Source of the DNA: an uncultured Actinomycetota bacterium
GTDB taxonomy: Bacteria; Actinomycetota; Actinomycetes; DATJPE01
Assembly: GCA_963820065.1 (NCBI GenBank)
Contig: CAWFYM010000012.1
Location: 117,593-181,592 of the forward strand
DNA: 64,000 bases
Direction: 5' to 3'
Shown here in pieces: positions 51,790-62,022 of the stretch (positions within the stretch are counted from its first letter, which is position 1; each line of letters starts with the position of its first letter). A program made the translations under genes and the position numbers. The notes under the pieces were generated by a model. The model was given only the letters and a program-made list of their open reading frames with translations. It was not told the DNA's origin and did no database searches.

Positions 51790-52841
51790 GCGGCACCTCC
51801 TGTGAATCCTGCGGCGCCGGCCGCCAGTTCGCCGAGCCGCTCCACGGCGATGCCCTGGCGTACGGCTGGGTCGAGGTGACAACGCACCTCGTGCCCCGGC
51901 GCTGCGGGGAGCAGCTCGGGCCGTTCGGTGTCGCAGCGGTCGCCCGGAACCAGGTCGGAGTACGTGCACCGTGGCCGGAAGACGCAGCCCTTGGGCAGGT
52001 TGAGCATCGAGGGCGGCTGGCCAGGAATCGGATCCAGCCGGTCGCTGACGGTGTCCATCCGAGGGGCCGAGGCGATCAACCCGAGGGTGTAGGGCATCTC
52101 GGGTCGGTAGTAGACCTCACGGACATCGCCGTGCTCGACCACGCGACCGCCGTACATGACGACCACCTCATCGGCGACGTTGGCGACCACACCCAGGTCG
52201 TGGGTGATGATCACGATCGCCGTGCCCATGCTGCGCTGGAGGTCCTGGAGGAGATCGATGATCTGCGCCTGGACGGTGACGTCGAGGGCCGTGGTGGGCT
52301 CGTCGGCGATGATCAGCTCGGGGTCGTTGATGAGCGCCATCGCGATCATGACCCTCTGACGCATACCGCCCGACAGCTGGTGGGGGTAGTCGTCGATGCG
52401 CTTGGCGGCGCTGGGGATACCCACTCGGTCGAGCATCTCGATCGCTCGCACCTGCGCCTGGGCCTTGGAGTCGTTGGTGTGCACCCGCCGTGCCTCGACC
52501 AGCTGCTTGCCGATCGAGTAGAACGGGTGCAGCGACGACAGCGGGTCCTGGAAGATCATCGCCATCTTCGTGCCGCGAACTGCGCGCAGCTCCTTGTCGG
52601 ACGCCGTGATCAGCTCCTTGCCGTCGAGGTACACCTCTCCGACGATCTTGACGGCCTTCCGGTTGTGCAGGCCCATGATCGCGCCGCTCGTGACGGACTT
52701 GCCGGAGCCAGACTCGCCCACGATAGCCAGGGTCTGTCCCTTGGTCACCGAGAACGAGACCCCATCGACAGCCTGAAGCCAACCGTCCTCGGTAGGGAAG
52801 GTCACTCCGAGGTTGCGGACCTCGAGGAATGCGCCGGTCAC
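51786..52841 (-). CDS. Oligo/dipeptide ABC transporter ATPase (OppD-like)
   Basis: GESGSGKS, YPHQLSGGMRQR, DEPTTALD. Confidence 0.94.
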   Translation of the reverse strand: MTGAFLEVRNLGVTFPTEDGWLQAVDGVSFSVTKGQTLAIVGESGSGKSVTSGAIMGLHNRKAVKIVGEVYLDGKELITASDKELRAVRGTKMAMIFQDPLSSLHPFYSIGKQLVEARRVHTNDSKAQAQVRAIEMLDRVGIPSAAKRIDDYPHQLSGGMRQRVMIAMALINDPELIIADEPTTALDVTVQAQIIDLLQDLQRSMGTAIVIITHDLGVVANVADEVVVMYGGRVVEHGDVREVYYRPEMPYTLGLIASAPRMDTVSDRLDPIPGQPPSMLNLPKGCVFRPRCTYSDLVPGDRCDTERPELLPAAPGHEVRCHLDPAVRQGIAVERLGELAAGAAGFTGGAA

Positions 52842-53827
52842 GTGAGCCTCACCCGGGGGTCGATGGCGGCATAGAGCAGGTCGACGATCAAGTTGGCGAC
52901 GATGATGAACGTCGCCGCGACGAGGGTCACTCCGACGATGACGGGCAGGTCGTAGTCGAGGACCGATCGGATCGACAGCGACCCGATACCGGGGAGCGAG
53001 AAGATGCTCTCGGTGATGATCGCGCCTCCGAGCAACCCGGCCAGGTCGAGCCCGGCTGCGGTGATGAGCGGCGACAGCCCGGCCCTGAAGGCGTGCCGGG
53101 TGATGACCGTGCGCTCCGGGAGCCCCTTGGCCCGCGCCGTACGCACGAAGTCATCGCCGAGCGTCTCGAGCATCTGACCGCGGGTGATGCGGGAGTAGAA
53201 CGCCGCGTAGAGGATCGCGAGGGCGATCCAGGGCAGGAGCAGCGTCTGGAACCAGGCGAGAGGGTCGGTGAAGACAGACTCGTAGTGCGGGTTCGGGAGC
53301 CAGTTCAAGTTGAGGATGACGATGAAGTAGAGCAACAAGCCGATGAAGAAGGACGGCAGGGAATAGCCGGCTAGCGCCAAGCCCATGGCCCCCTTGTCCT
53401 GCCAGGTCCCGCGTCTGAGCGCGGCGAAGATGCCGACGGCGACACCGACGATCATCCACAGCACGAAGGCCCCTAGAGCGAGGCTGATCGTCACGGGCAA
53501 GGCGTCCTTGATCAGGGTCGTCACGTCTTCGCCCTGCCGGAAGGAGTAGCCGAGGCAGGGGGCGGGGCAGTCGAAGGTCGCGGTGCCGGAACCGTAGGTC
53601 CGTCCGGAGACGATGCCCTTGGCGAAGAGGTAGTACTGCTCGTACAGCGGCTTGTCGAGGCCCAGCCGCGTGCGGTTGGCCTCCACGATCTCGGGCGTGC
53701 AGGCCTTGCCACAGGTCAGGCGGGCGACGTCGGTCGGCACGAGCGCGAAGAGCAGGAAGACGACCATGCTCAAGGCGATGAGCATCCCGAACATGGCGAT
53801 CAGCCGCCGGACGATGTAACCGGCCAT
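52838..53827 (-). CDS. Peptide ABC transporter permease (OppB-like)
   Basis: YIVRRL, DFVRTARAKGL EAA loop, DLLYAAIDPRVR. Confidence 0.94.
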   Translation of the reverse strand: MAGYIVRRLIAMFGMLIALSMVVFLLFALVPTDVARLTCGKACTPEIVEANRTRLGLDKPLYEQYYLFAKGIVSGRTYGSGTATFDCPAPCLGYSFRQGEDVTTLIKDALPVTISLALGAFVLWMIVGVAVGIFAALRRGTWQDKGAMGLALAGYSLPSFFIGLLLYFIVILNLNWLPNPHYESVFTDPLAWFQTLLLPWIALAILYAAFYSRITRGQMLETLGDDFVRTARAKGLPERTVITRHAFRAGLSPLITAAGLDLAGLLGGAIITESIFSLPGIGSLSIRSVLDYDLPVIVGVTLVAATFIIVANLIVDLLYAAIDPRVRLT

Positions 53828-53954
53828 GTCAGACCCTTCCTGCCAGCGCGCTTCGCGGGTAGGACCGCGTCGCGACACAGTGTGCCCGCCCGGGAGCGGG
53901 CGGGTGTGGTGGACACACGAATTGGTGGGGGCTACCGGCCCCGGCCGAAAAGGG

Positions 53955-53998
53955 CCGGGTCCGGGAGCGGAGGGCTGAGCCTCCGCTCCCGGACCCGG
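53955..53998 (-). terminator. 19-bp stem-loop after the substrate-binding protein gene (stabiliser or partial terminator)
   Basis: CCGGGTCCGGGAGCGGAGG-N6-CCTCCGCTCCCGGACCCGG, followed on minus strand by CCCTTTT. Confidence 0.7.
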
Positions 53999-54030
53999 GT
54001 GGTGCTATCGAGCTGCGTGCTTAGAGCTGA

Positions 54031-55797
54031 CTAGCTGCTCTTCACCCACATGGCGCCGAACGGCCATGAGCCGTAGGCGGGCCAGAGGTAGATGGTGTCC
54101 GGGCCGATCCCAGTACCAGCGAGACGCTGGTCCTTGCCGAACCGAGTCGGGATGGCGAAGCCCTGCTCCATCGCGTTCGTGTTCAGCTCCTGCCACATCG
54201 TGGCCTGGGTCTGGCGGTCCGGCTCAACCTTCGCGGCGTCCGACTTCGCGTTGAAGTCCGGGTCGTCGGCCTGGCTCAGGTTGAAGCCACCGGAGGGCGT
54301 GAACAGCTCGGGGATGACCGTCGAAGCGTTGGGCCAGTCCGGGCCCCAACCAGCGGAGTTCATCTCGTTAGCCTTCTCCGGGTCGAACACGATTCCGTAG
54401 TAGGAACCGGGCTCGAGCGGGTTGAGCTTGACCGTGATGCCGGCCCTACCCATCGACTCCTGGATCGCCGCGGCGGACTTGTCGTTGTCCGGCGTGGTCG
54501 GGTAGTCGTAGGTGATCGTCGGCATCGGCTCGCCCGACTCCTGGATCAGCTGCTTGGCGTACTCAGGGTCACCCGCATCCGGGATCTCCTGGCCGAGCAG
54601 ACCGGTCCAGAGACCAGTAGGCGCGTAGTCGATACCGATGTTGGGCTTGATGACACCGTCACCCAGGTCACCGGCGAACGCTCCACCAGCAATCGTGCGC
54701 AGCTGCTCACGGTCGAGCGCCACCATCATGGCCTGGCGCTGCTTGACGTTCGGAACCTTCTGAACGTTGATCGCGAGGTAGCGAACGTACGGGTCGAGTG
54801 CGTCGACGCGGCGGTCGGCGTACTGCGGGTCGTTGAAGATCGCCGCGAGGTCGGCCGACAGGAGCTCGGACGTGAGTGCGGTGGCGTCTTCACCCGTGCT
54901 GGTCTCCACCCGCTGGGTCTGCACCGACGGGTCGATGCCGAACAGCTCGACCCACGAGTCCGGGTAGGCCTTGCGGTAGTCGTCGGAGTCGGGGTTGTAG
55001 TTCGGGTTGCGAACCAGGACGAACGAACCGCCCTTGCCCTTCTTGTAGGTCTGGATCTGGTAGGGACCGGACGAGACGGGCATGTCGTCGTACTTCTCGC
55101 CACCGGTCGCGCCCTGGTCAGCAGACTCAGGAACCGGAGAGAACGCGGTCAGGGTGACCGTGTAGTTGAAGTCAGGCACCGGCTGCGCCAGGTTGAAGGT
55201 GATCGTCAGGTTGTCGTCCGAGCAGACGATGGCCTGGTCGAACGCGGCGGTGTCGTTGGCCTTGGACGTGTCGTACGGGCCCTTGTAGACCGAGGCGCCG
55301 TCCTTGTCCTTCGGGATGTCAAGCATGGAGATCGCGTAAGCCGGACCGTTGGTGATGACGTCGGTCGCGAACGTGCGCGAGACGCCGTACTTGATGTCCG
55401 AGCAGCCCACCGCCGAACCGTCCTGGAACGTCACACCGTCGCGGATCGTGAACGTCCACACCTTGCCGCCCTCAGTGGCGGTACCGGTGTCGGTCGCCAT
55501 GTCGGGGGTGAGGGTCGTGCCCTCGGTGTTGTCGGCCGAGTAGACGTACTGAGTCAGCGTGCGGAAAATCGTCCCGCTGAAGAACGCGATGTCCTCACCG
55601 GTATACGCGCGCTGCGGGTCGACGTTGTTGAACTGTTCTGCCTGGGACAGGATCGTGATCGTCCCGCCCGCGGTCGGAGTGTCGCCCCCGCCCGGCGTGT
55701 TGCTGCTGCCGCCGCTGCTGCCGCCGCAGGCTGCAAGCAGCATGGTGCTGGCAGCCGCGAAGGCGACAGTGCGGAGGCCGATTTTGGCCATGCCCAT
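54031..55797 (-). CDS. Peptide ABC transporter substrate-binding lipoprotein (family 5)
   Basis: Lipobox LAAC, WTFTIRDGVTFQDG, SSGPY, GWGPDWP; AGGAGG SD; permease-SBP-permease-ATPase-ATPase order as in Streptomyces bldK. Confidence 0.93.
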   Translation of the reverse strand: MGMAKIGLRTVAFAAASTMLLAACGGSSGGSSNTPGGGDTPTAGGTITILSQAEQFNNVDPQRAYTGEDIAFFSGTIFRTLTQYVYSADNTEGTTLTPDMATDTGTATEGGKVWTFTIRDGVTFQDGSAVGCSDIKYGVSRTFATDVITNGPAYAISMLDIPKDKDGASVYKGPYDTSKANDTAAFDQAIVCSDDNLTITFNLAQPVPDFNYTVTLTAFSPVPESADQGATGGEKYDDMPVSSGPYQIQTYKKGKGGSFVLVRNPNYNPDSDDYRKAYPDSWVELFGIDPSVQTQRVETSTGEDATALTSELLSADLAAIFNDPQYADRRVDALDPYVRYLAINVQKVPNVKQRQAMMVALDREQLRTIAGGAFAGDLGDGVIKPNIGIDYAPTGLWTGLLGQEIPDAGDPEYAKQLIQESGEPMPTITYDYPTTPDNDKSAAAIQESMGRAGITVKLNPLEPGSYYGIVFDPEKANEMNSAGWGPDWPNASTVIPELFTPSGGFNLSQADDPDFNAKSDAAKVEPDRQTQATMWQELNTNAMEQGFAIPTRFGKDQRLAGTGIGPDTIYLWPAYGSWPFGAMWVKSS

Positions 55798-55914
55798 GTC
55801 ATTTCCTCCTGATCGTGGTGAGGGGCAGTCGCCCCGCACCGTGCTCCGCACAGATCGTGCGTCGCTCCCCGGCTCCGAGCGCCGGGGAAGTCTGTGGTGT
55901 GGCCCGCGGCGCGA

Positions 55915-56925
55915 TCACACGCGGCCCGATCTCGGGTCGAGCGCGTCACGAACCGCGTCGCCGAAGAGGTTGAACGTCAGCACGACGATGAACAGCGCCA
56001 TGCCGGGAATGAAGAGCAGCGTGGGAATGGTCTGGAAGTAGCGCGTGGAGTCGCCGAGCATCGCGCCCCAGGTGGGCGTCGGAGGCAGCACGCCCACTCC
56101 GAGGAACGCCAGGCCCGCTTCGCCGGCGATGACCGCCGGCAGCGTGATCGTCGCCACGACGAGGATCGGCGCCCAGAGGTTCGGGAGGATCTCGCGGAAC
56201 AGGATGCGCGGGGTGCCCGACCCGAGCGACACGGCCGCTTCGACGAACTCGCGCTCGCGGAGGCTGAGGACCTGGCCACGGACGATGCGCGCGAGGTAGG
56301 GCCAGCCGAACAGGCTGAAGACCAGGATCAGGAAGGTCACGCGCGCGGACTGCACCCCGAGGTGGAACGTCTGGGCGATGCGATCGGTCAGCGGCTGCGA
56401 CAGCGCCAAGGCCATCAGGATCAGCGGGAACGCGATCACCATGTCCATCAGGCGGCCGAGAGCCGAGTCGAGGAATCCCCGCGAGTAGCCCGAGATGATC
56501 CCTACGGTCGTGCCCAAGATCACGATGAGCAGGGTCGCGGTGCTCGCGATGAACAAGGACACGCGCGCTCCGTAGAGGAGCCGCGCCATGATGTCCCACC
56601 CGGTCTGCGGGTCGACGCCGAGCGGGTGAGACCAGCTCAGGCCGCCCTTCTGGAACCAGTTGCCGTCCGGCGCCCAGCCCTTGGGGAGCCCGCCGAGCTC
56701 GTCATCGAGCACCGAGCGGTCGAACTCCGTGGGGCTGATGCCCAGGATGTGGGTGATCAACGGCGCGAACAGGGCCGTCAACGCCACCAAGATGATGATG
56801 ACCAGCGAGATCATTCCCGCCTTGTCCTTGCGGAGCCGCGACCAGGCGATCGCCTTGAGGGAGCGGCCCTCGATGTCCTTCTGCTCTGGTGCAGCTACCT
56901 CGACCGGCGCGTCCACAAGGCTCAT
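55915..56925 (-). CDS. Peptide ABC transporter permease (OppC-like)
   Basis: HPLGVD, LLYGARVSL, REFVEAA, PTWGAML, GDAVRDALDP. Confidence 0.94.
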   Translation of the reverse strand: MSLVDAPVEVAAPEQKDIEGRSLKAIAWSRLRKDKAGMISLVIIILVALTALFAPLITHILGISPTEFDRSVLDDELGGLPKGWAPDGNWFQKGGLSWSHPLGVDPQTGWDIMARLLYGARVSLFIASTATLLIVILGTTVGIISGYSRGFLDSALGRLMDMVIAFPLILMALALSQPLTDRIAQTFHLGVQSARVTFLILVFSLFGWPYLARIVRGQVLSLREREFVEAAVSLGSGTPRILFREILPNLWAPILVVATITLPAVIAGEAGLAFLGVGVLPPTPTWGAMLGDSTRYFQTIPTLLFIPGMALFIVVLTFNLFGDAVRDALDPRSGRV

Positions 56926-57164
56926 GCGAGAGGGACTCCTTTTCTCGAGATCGTCGAGACGCCGGGACAGCTGCCGGGTCGGCAGGACTCCCGAACGTTA
57001 CGTCACGACGCGGGTACACCCAACGGCACGCCGCGCCCCGTGTCCATATCGTGATACGACCGGCACACGAGCGCAGCCTTTCGCGCAGATCTTGCGGTAT
57101 CCGGCCCCCAAACGGGCGCATTTCGCGGAATTGCGGAGCGATCGGCTGGGCGCCGGACCGGGCC

Positions 57165-59058
57165 TCAGGCGCGCTTGGCGCGTCCCCGGACCTTGTCCCG
57201 CTCGGTGCGGTCGAGGATGACCTTGCGCAGCCGTACGGTCGCCGGGGTCACCTCGACGCACTCGTCCTCGCGGCAGAACTCCAGGGCCTGCTCCATCGAC
57301 ATCTGCTTGTGCGGGATCAACGGCACCAGGATGTCTCCGGAGGACTGACGCATGTTGGTCAGCTTCTTCTCCTTGGTCGCGTTGACGTCCATGTCGTCCG
57401 AGCGGGAGTTCTCGCCGACGATCATCCCCTCGTAGACGTCGGTGCCCGGCCCCACGAACATCGTGCCGCGCTCCTGCAGGTTGGCCAGCGCGAAACCAGT
57501 CGTCGGGCCGCTCCGGTCTGCGACCAGGGATCCCGTCGGGCGGGTGCGCAGCTCGCCGTGCCAGGCCTCGTAGCGCGAGAAGACATGGTGGAGCAGGCCC
57601 GGTGCCCCGGGTCTCGGTGAGGAACTCGGTCCGGAACCCGATGAGCCCGCGCGCAGGCACGACGTACTCCATGCGAACCCAGCCGGTGCCGTGGTTGACC
57701 ATCTGCTCCATCCGGCCCTTGCGCAGGGCCATCAGCTGGGTCACGACGCCGAGGTAGTCCTCGGGGATGTCGACGGTGAGGTGCTCCATCGGCTCGTGGA
57801 TCTTGCCGTCGACGATCCTGGTGACGACCTGCGGCTTGCCGACGGTCAGCTCGAAGCCCTCACGGCGCATCATCTCGACCAGGACGGCCAGCTGGAGCTC
57901 GCCGCGGCCCTGCACCTCCCAGGTGTCGGGTCGCTCGGTCGGCACCACCCGGATCGAGACGTTGCCGATCAGCTCCGCGTCGAGGCGGCTCTTGAGCAGC
58001 CGCGCGGTCAGCTTGGACCCCGAACGCCCGGCCAACGGCGCGGTGTTGATGCCGATCGTCATCGAGATCGACGGCTCGTCGACGGTGATGACCGGCAGCG
58101 GACGGGGGTCGTCCGGGTCGGCCAGCGTCTCGCCGATGGTGATCTCGGGGAACCCGGCCACGGCGATGATGTCGCCCGGGCCGGCCCGCTCGACCGGTAC
58201 GCGCTCGAGCGCCTGGGTCATGAGCAGCTCGGTCACCTTCACCCGTTCGGTGGTGCCGTCGGTGCGGCACCAGGCCACCGACTGGCCCTTGGTGATCGTG
58301 CCCTCGTGGACGCGGCACAGCGCCAAGCGGCCGAGGTAGGGGCTCGAGTCGAGGTTCGTCACGTGCGCCTGGAGCGGGGCGCCCTCGACGTACGACGGCG
58401 CGGGCACGGTCTCCACGATGGTGGTGAACAGCGGCTCGAGGTCGGGCGACGCGGGGCTCTCGCCGTCGAGCGGGCGCTCCAGCGAGGCCTTCCCCGCCTT
58501 CGCCTGGCAGTAGACGATCGGGAACTCGATCTGGCTCTCGTCGGCGTCGAGATCGAGGAAGAGCTCGTAGGTCTCGTCGACGACCTCGGCGATCCGGGCG
58601 TCGGACCGGTCCACCTTGTTGATGACCAGGACGACGGGCAGGCGCTTCTGCAGCGCCTTGCGCAGGACGAACCGGGTCTGCGGCAGCGGACCCTCGGACG
58701 CGTCGACGAGCAGGAGCACGCCGTCGACCATCTCGAGGCCGCGCTCGACCTCTCCCCCGAAGTCGGCGTGCCCGGGGGTGTCGATGATGTTGATCGTCAC
58801 GGCCGAGCCGTCGGCCATCTCGTGGAGGACCGCGGTGTTCTTCGCGAGGATCGTGATGCCCTTCTCGCGCTCGAGATCCATCGAGTCCATGACCCGGTCC
58901 TTGACCGAGCCCTCGTCGGCCTGGTGGGCGGAGAACGCGCCGGACTGCCACAGCATGGCGTCGACCAGGGTCGTCTTGCCGTGGTCGACGTGCGCCACGA
59001 TCGCGACGTTGCGGAGGTCGGTACGGCTGGCGCGCGGGCCGGTGTCGCGGGAGGACAT
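57165..59058 (-). pseudogene. typA: Translational GTPase TypA/BipA, frameshifted as assembled (possibly a sequencing error)
   Basis: [32 protein letters not shown]; frame breaks at ETRGTG near 57598; C-terminus ([20 protein letters not shown]) in another frame. Confidence 0.85.
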
Positions 59059-59282
59059 GCGGGGGGTGCTCGTCTCTTGGGGTTGGGGCGGCCTCGGAGT
59101 TGGCCAGAGGTGGTGGGCCGGACGTGGGGAGGCGCAGGAGCCGACGGGGCCCACGAAAACAGTGACGAGGGCCATACAGCGGGCGCGACACCCGGGCTCT
59201 AGGGTAGGCGACGAGCGGACGTCGCGATCCCACCTCGTCGGACCCGACATCCTCCACGAGAAAGGCATCGGAGGCAGCACAC

Positions 59283-60077
59283 ATGGCCGGCGTGACCACG
59301 GCTCCGGGCCGCGCCCGGATCAAGGCCCGCACCCTTCGCCAGGACCGCTGGTGGGTGCCACAGGTACTCACCGTCGTCGGGCTGCTGGCCTGGATCGCCT
59401 ACGCCACGGTGCGGGTGTTCATGCAGCAGTGGTACTGGGTGGGCGAATACCACTACCTGACACCGTTCTACTCCCCGTGCATCTCCGACGGGTGCGTGCC
59501 CGAGGCGGCCGAGTTCGGCACCTTCCTCCCCGACGTGTGGTGGCTGCCCTACGCCGCGCTGACGCTGCCGTTCCTGCTGCTGTTCCGGCTGACTTGTTAC
59601 TACTACCGGAAGGCCTACTACCGGTCGTTCTGGCTGTCGCCGCCCGCGTGCGCGGTCGCCGAACCGCACAAGACCTACACCGGTGAGACCCAAGAGCCGC
59701 TCATCCTGCAAAACCTCCACCGCTACTTCTTCTACGCGGCGGCGCTCATCTCGGTCATCAACACCTGGGACGCGGTCCAGGCGTTCAAGAGCCCCGAGGG
59801 CTTCGGGATCGGCCTCGGCACCGTGATCCTCTGGATCAACGTGATCGCGCTGTGGGTCTACACCGCGTCGTGCCACTCATGCAGGCACGCGATCGGGGGT
59901 CGGCTCAACCACTTCTCCCGGCACCCGATCCGCTACCGCTTGTGGACCTGGGTCTCCCGGATCAACACCCGCCACATGCAGCTGGCATGGATCACCCTCG
60001 CCACCCTGGCGATCACCGACTTCTACGTGATGTCGGTGTCGGCGGGCTGGATCACCGACTTCCGATTCATCAACTAG
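59283..60077 (+). CDS. Succinate dehydrogenase (Sdh1-type) membrane anchor, Rv0249c-like
   Basis: [40 protein letters not shown]; first gene before sdhA. Confidence 0.88.
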   Translation: MAGVTTAPGRARIKARTLRQDRWWVPQVLTVVGLLAWIAYATVRVFMQQWYWVGEYHYLTPFYSPCISDGCVPEAAEFGTFLPDVWWLPYAALTLPFLLLFRLTCYYYRKAYYRSFWLSPPACAVAEPHKTYTGETQEPLILQNLHRYFFYAAALISVINTWDAVQAFKSPEGFGIGLGTVILWINVIALWVYTASCHSCRHAIGGRLNHFSRHPIRYRLWTWVSRINTRHMQLAWITLATLAITDFYVMSVSAGWITDFRFIN

Positions 60078-60126
60078 GCGGCCTGACGATGACCGCGACT
60101 CACACCTTCCACGACTGGGCCACCGC

Positions 60127-62022
60127 ATGAGCGACCACGAGCGCCACTCCTTCGACGTCGTCGTCATCGGCGCGGGCGGCGCCGGGCTGCGCGCCGCCAT
60201 CGAGGCGCACGAGCACGGGCTGCGCACGGCCATCATCTGCAAGTCGCTGTTCGGCAAGGCCCACACGGTGATGGCCGAGGGCGGCATCGCCGCCGCCATG
60301 GGCAACGTCAACAGCAACGACAACTGGCAGGTGCACTTCGGCGACACCATGCGCGGCGGGAAGTTCCTCAACTCCTGGCGGATGGCCGAGCTGCACGCCA
60401 AGGAGGCGCCCGACCGGGTCTGGGAGCTCGAGACCTACGGCGCGCTGTTCGACCGTACGAAGGAAGGCAAGATCAGCCAGCGCAACTTCGGCGGGCACGA
60501 ATACCCGCGGCTGGCCCACGTCGGAGACCGCACCGGCCTGGAGCTGATCCGCACCCTCCAGCAGAAGATCGTCTCGCTGCAGCAGGACGACCTCGCGGCC
60601 CACGGCGACGCCGAGGCACGGCTGAAGGTGTTCGCCGAGGTGACGATCACCACGATCCTGCAGGACGAGTCGGGAAGCGTGTCCGGCTGCTTCGGCTACC
60701 GCCGGGAGGACGGCTCCTTCCTCGCCTTCGACGCACCCGCGGTCGTCTTGGCCACCGGCGGCATCGGCAAGTCGTTCACGGTGACGAGCAACTCGTGGGA
60801 ATACACCGGCGACGGCCACGCTCTCGCGCTGCGGGCCGGCGGCACGTTGGTCAACATGGAGTTCATCCAGTTCCACCCCACCGGCATGGTCTGGCCGCCC
60901 AGCGTCAAGGGCATCCTCGTCACCGAGTCGGTGCGCGGCGACGGCGGCGTGCTGACCAACTCCGAGGGCAAGCGGTTCATGTTCAACTACGTCCCCGAGG
61001 TGTTCCGGGGGAAGTACGCCGAGACCGAGGACGAAGCCGACCGCTGGTACACCGACCCCGACCACAACAAGCGACCCCCTGAGCTGCTCCCGCGCGACGA
61101 GGTCGCGCGAGCGATCAACAGCGAGGTCAAGGCCGGGCGCGGATCACCCCAGGGAGGGGTCTTCCTCGACGTCTCCAAGCGGCTGCCCGCCGAGGTCATC
61201 CGCAAGAAGCTCCCCTCGATGTGGCACCAGTTCAAGGAGCTCGCCGACGTCGACATCACCGCGGAGGCCATGCAGGTCGGCCCCACGTGCCACTACGTGA
61301 TGGGCGGTGTCGAGGTCGACCCCGACACCGCGGCGTCCACGGTCAAGGGGTTGTTCGCTGCCGGCGAGGTCGCCGGCGGCATGCACGGGTCCAACCGGCT
61401 CGGCGGCAACTCCCTGTCCGACCTGCTGGTGTTCGGCCGGCGGGCCGGGCTTGGTGCGTCGGAGTACGTCGCCGGGCTCGGCGACGCACGGCCGACGGTC
61501 TCCGAGGCGCAGCTGGCGGCCGCTGAGGCAGAAGCACTCGCGCCGTTCGACCACGAGGGCGGCGAGAACCCCTACACCGTGCACCACGAGCTGCAGCAGA
61601 TGATGAACAGCCTCTGCGGCATCATCCGGCGCGAGGACGAGGTCGTCGAAGCCCTCGCCGCGTTGGAAGAGCTGAAGGTTCGCGCGGCCAACGTGTCGGT
61701 CAAGGGCGGGCGGGCGTTCAACCCGGGCTGGCATCTGACCCTCGACCTGCGCAACATGCTGCTGGTCTCGGAGTGCGTCGCACGAGCAGCCTTGGAGCGC
61801 CAGGAGTCACGCGGCGGCCACACCCGCGACGACTTCCCCGGCATGAACCCGGAGTGGCGGAAGGTCAACATCATCTGCGAGGCCTCCGGTCCGGGGGTCG
61901 CGATCCGCAAGCAGCCGCTTCCGCCCATGCGCGAAGACCTGCTCGCGTTGTTCGACAACGAGGAACTGTCCAAGTACCTCACCGCCGAAGAGCTACCGGC
62001 GGCCGCTGGAGAGGGGCACTGA
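60127..62022 (+). CDS. sdhA: Succinate dehydrogenase/fumarate reductase flavoprotein
   Basis: VIGAGGAGL, AHTVMAEGG, QFHPTG, HYVMGG, HGSNRLGGNSL, RQESRGGH. Confidence 0.95.
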   Translation: MSDHERHSFDVVVIGAGGAGLRAAIEAHEHGLRTAIICKSLFGKAHTVMAEGGIAAAMGNVNSNDNWQVHFGDTMRGGKFLNSWRMAELHAKEAPDRVWELETYGALFDRTKEGKISQRNFGGHEYPRLAHVGDRTGLELIRTLQQKIVSLQQDDLAAHGDAEARLKVFAEVTITTILQDESGSVSGCFGYRREDGSFLAFDAPAVVLATGGIGKSFTVTSNSWEYTGDGHALALRAGGTLVNMEFIQFHPTGMVWPPSVKGILVTESVRGDGGVLTNSEGKRFMFNYVPEVFRGKYAETEDEADRWYTDPDHNKRPPELLPRDEVARAINSEVKAGRGSPQGGVFLDVSKRLPAEVIRKKLPSMWHQFKELADVDITAEAMQVGPTCHYVMGGVEVDPDTAASTVKGLFAAGEVAGGMHGSNRLGGNSLSDLLVFGRRAGLGASEYVAGLGDARPTVSEAQLAAAEAEALAPFDHEGGENPYTVHHELQQMMNSLCGIIRREDEVVEALAALEELKVRAANVSVKGGRAFNPGWHLTLDLRNMLLVSECVARAALERQESRGGHTRDDFPGMNPEWRKVNIICEASGPGVAIRKQPLPPMREDLLALFDNEELSKYLTAEELPAAAGEGH

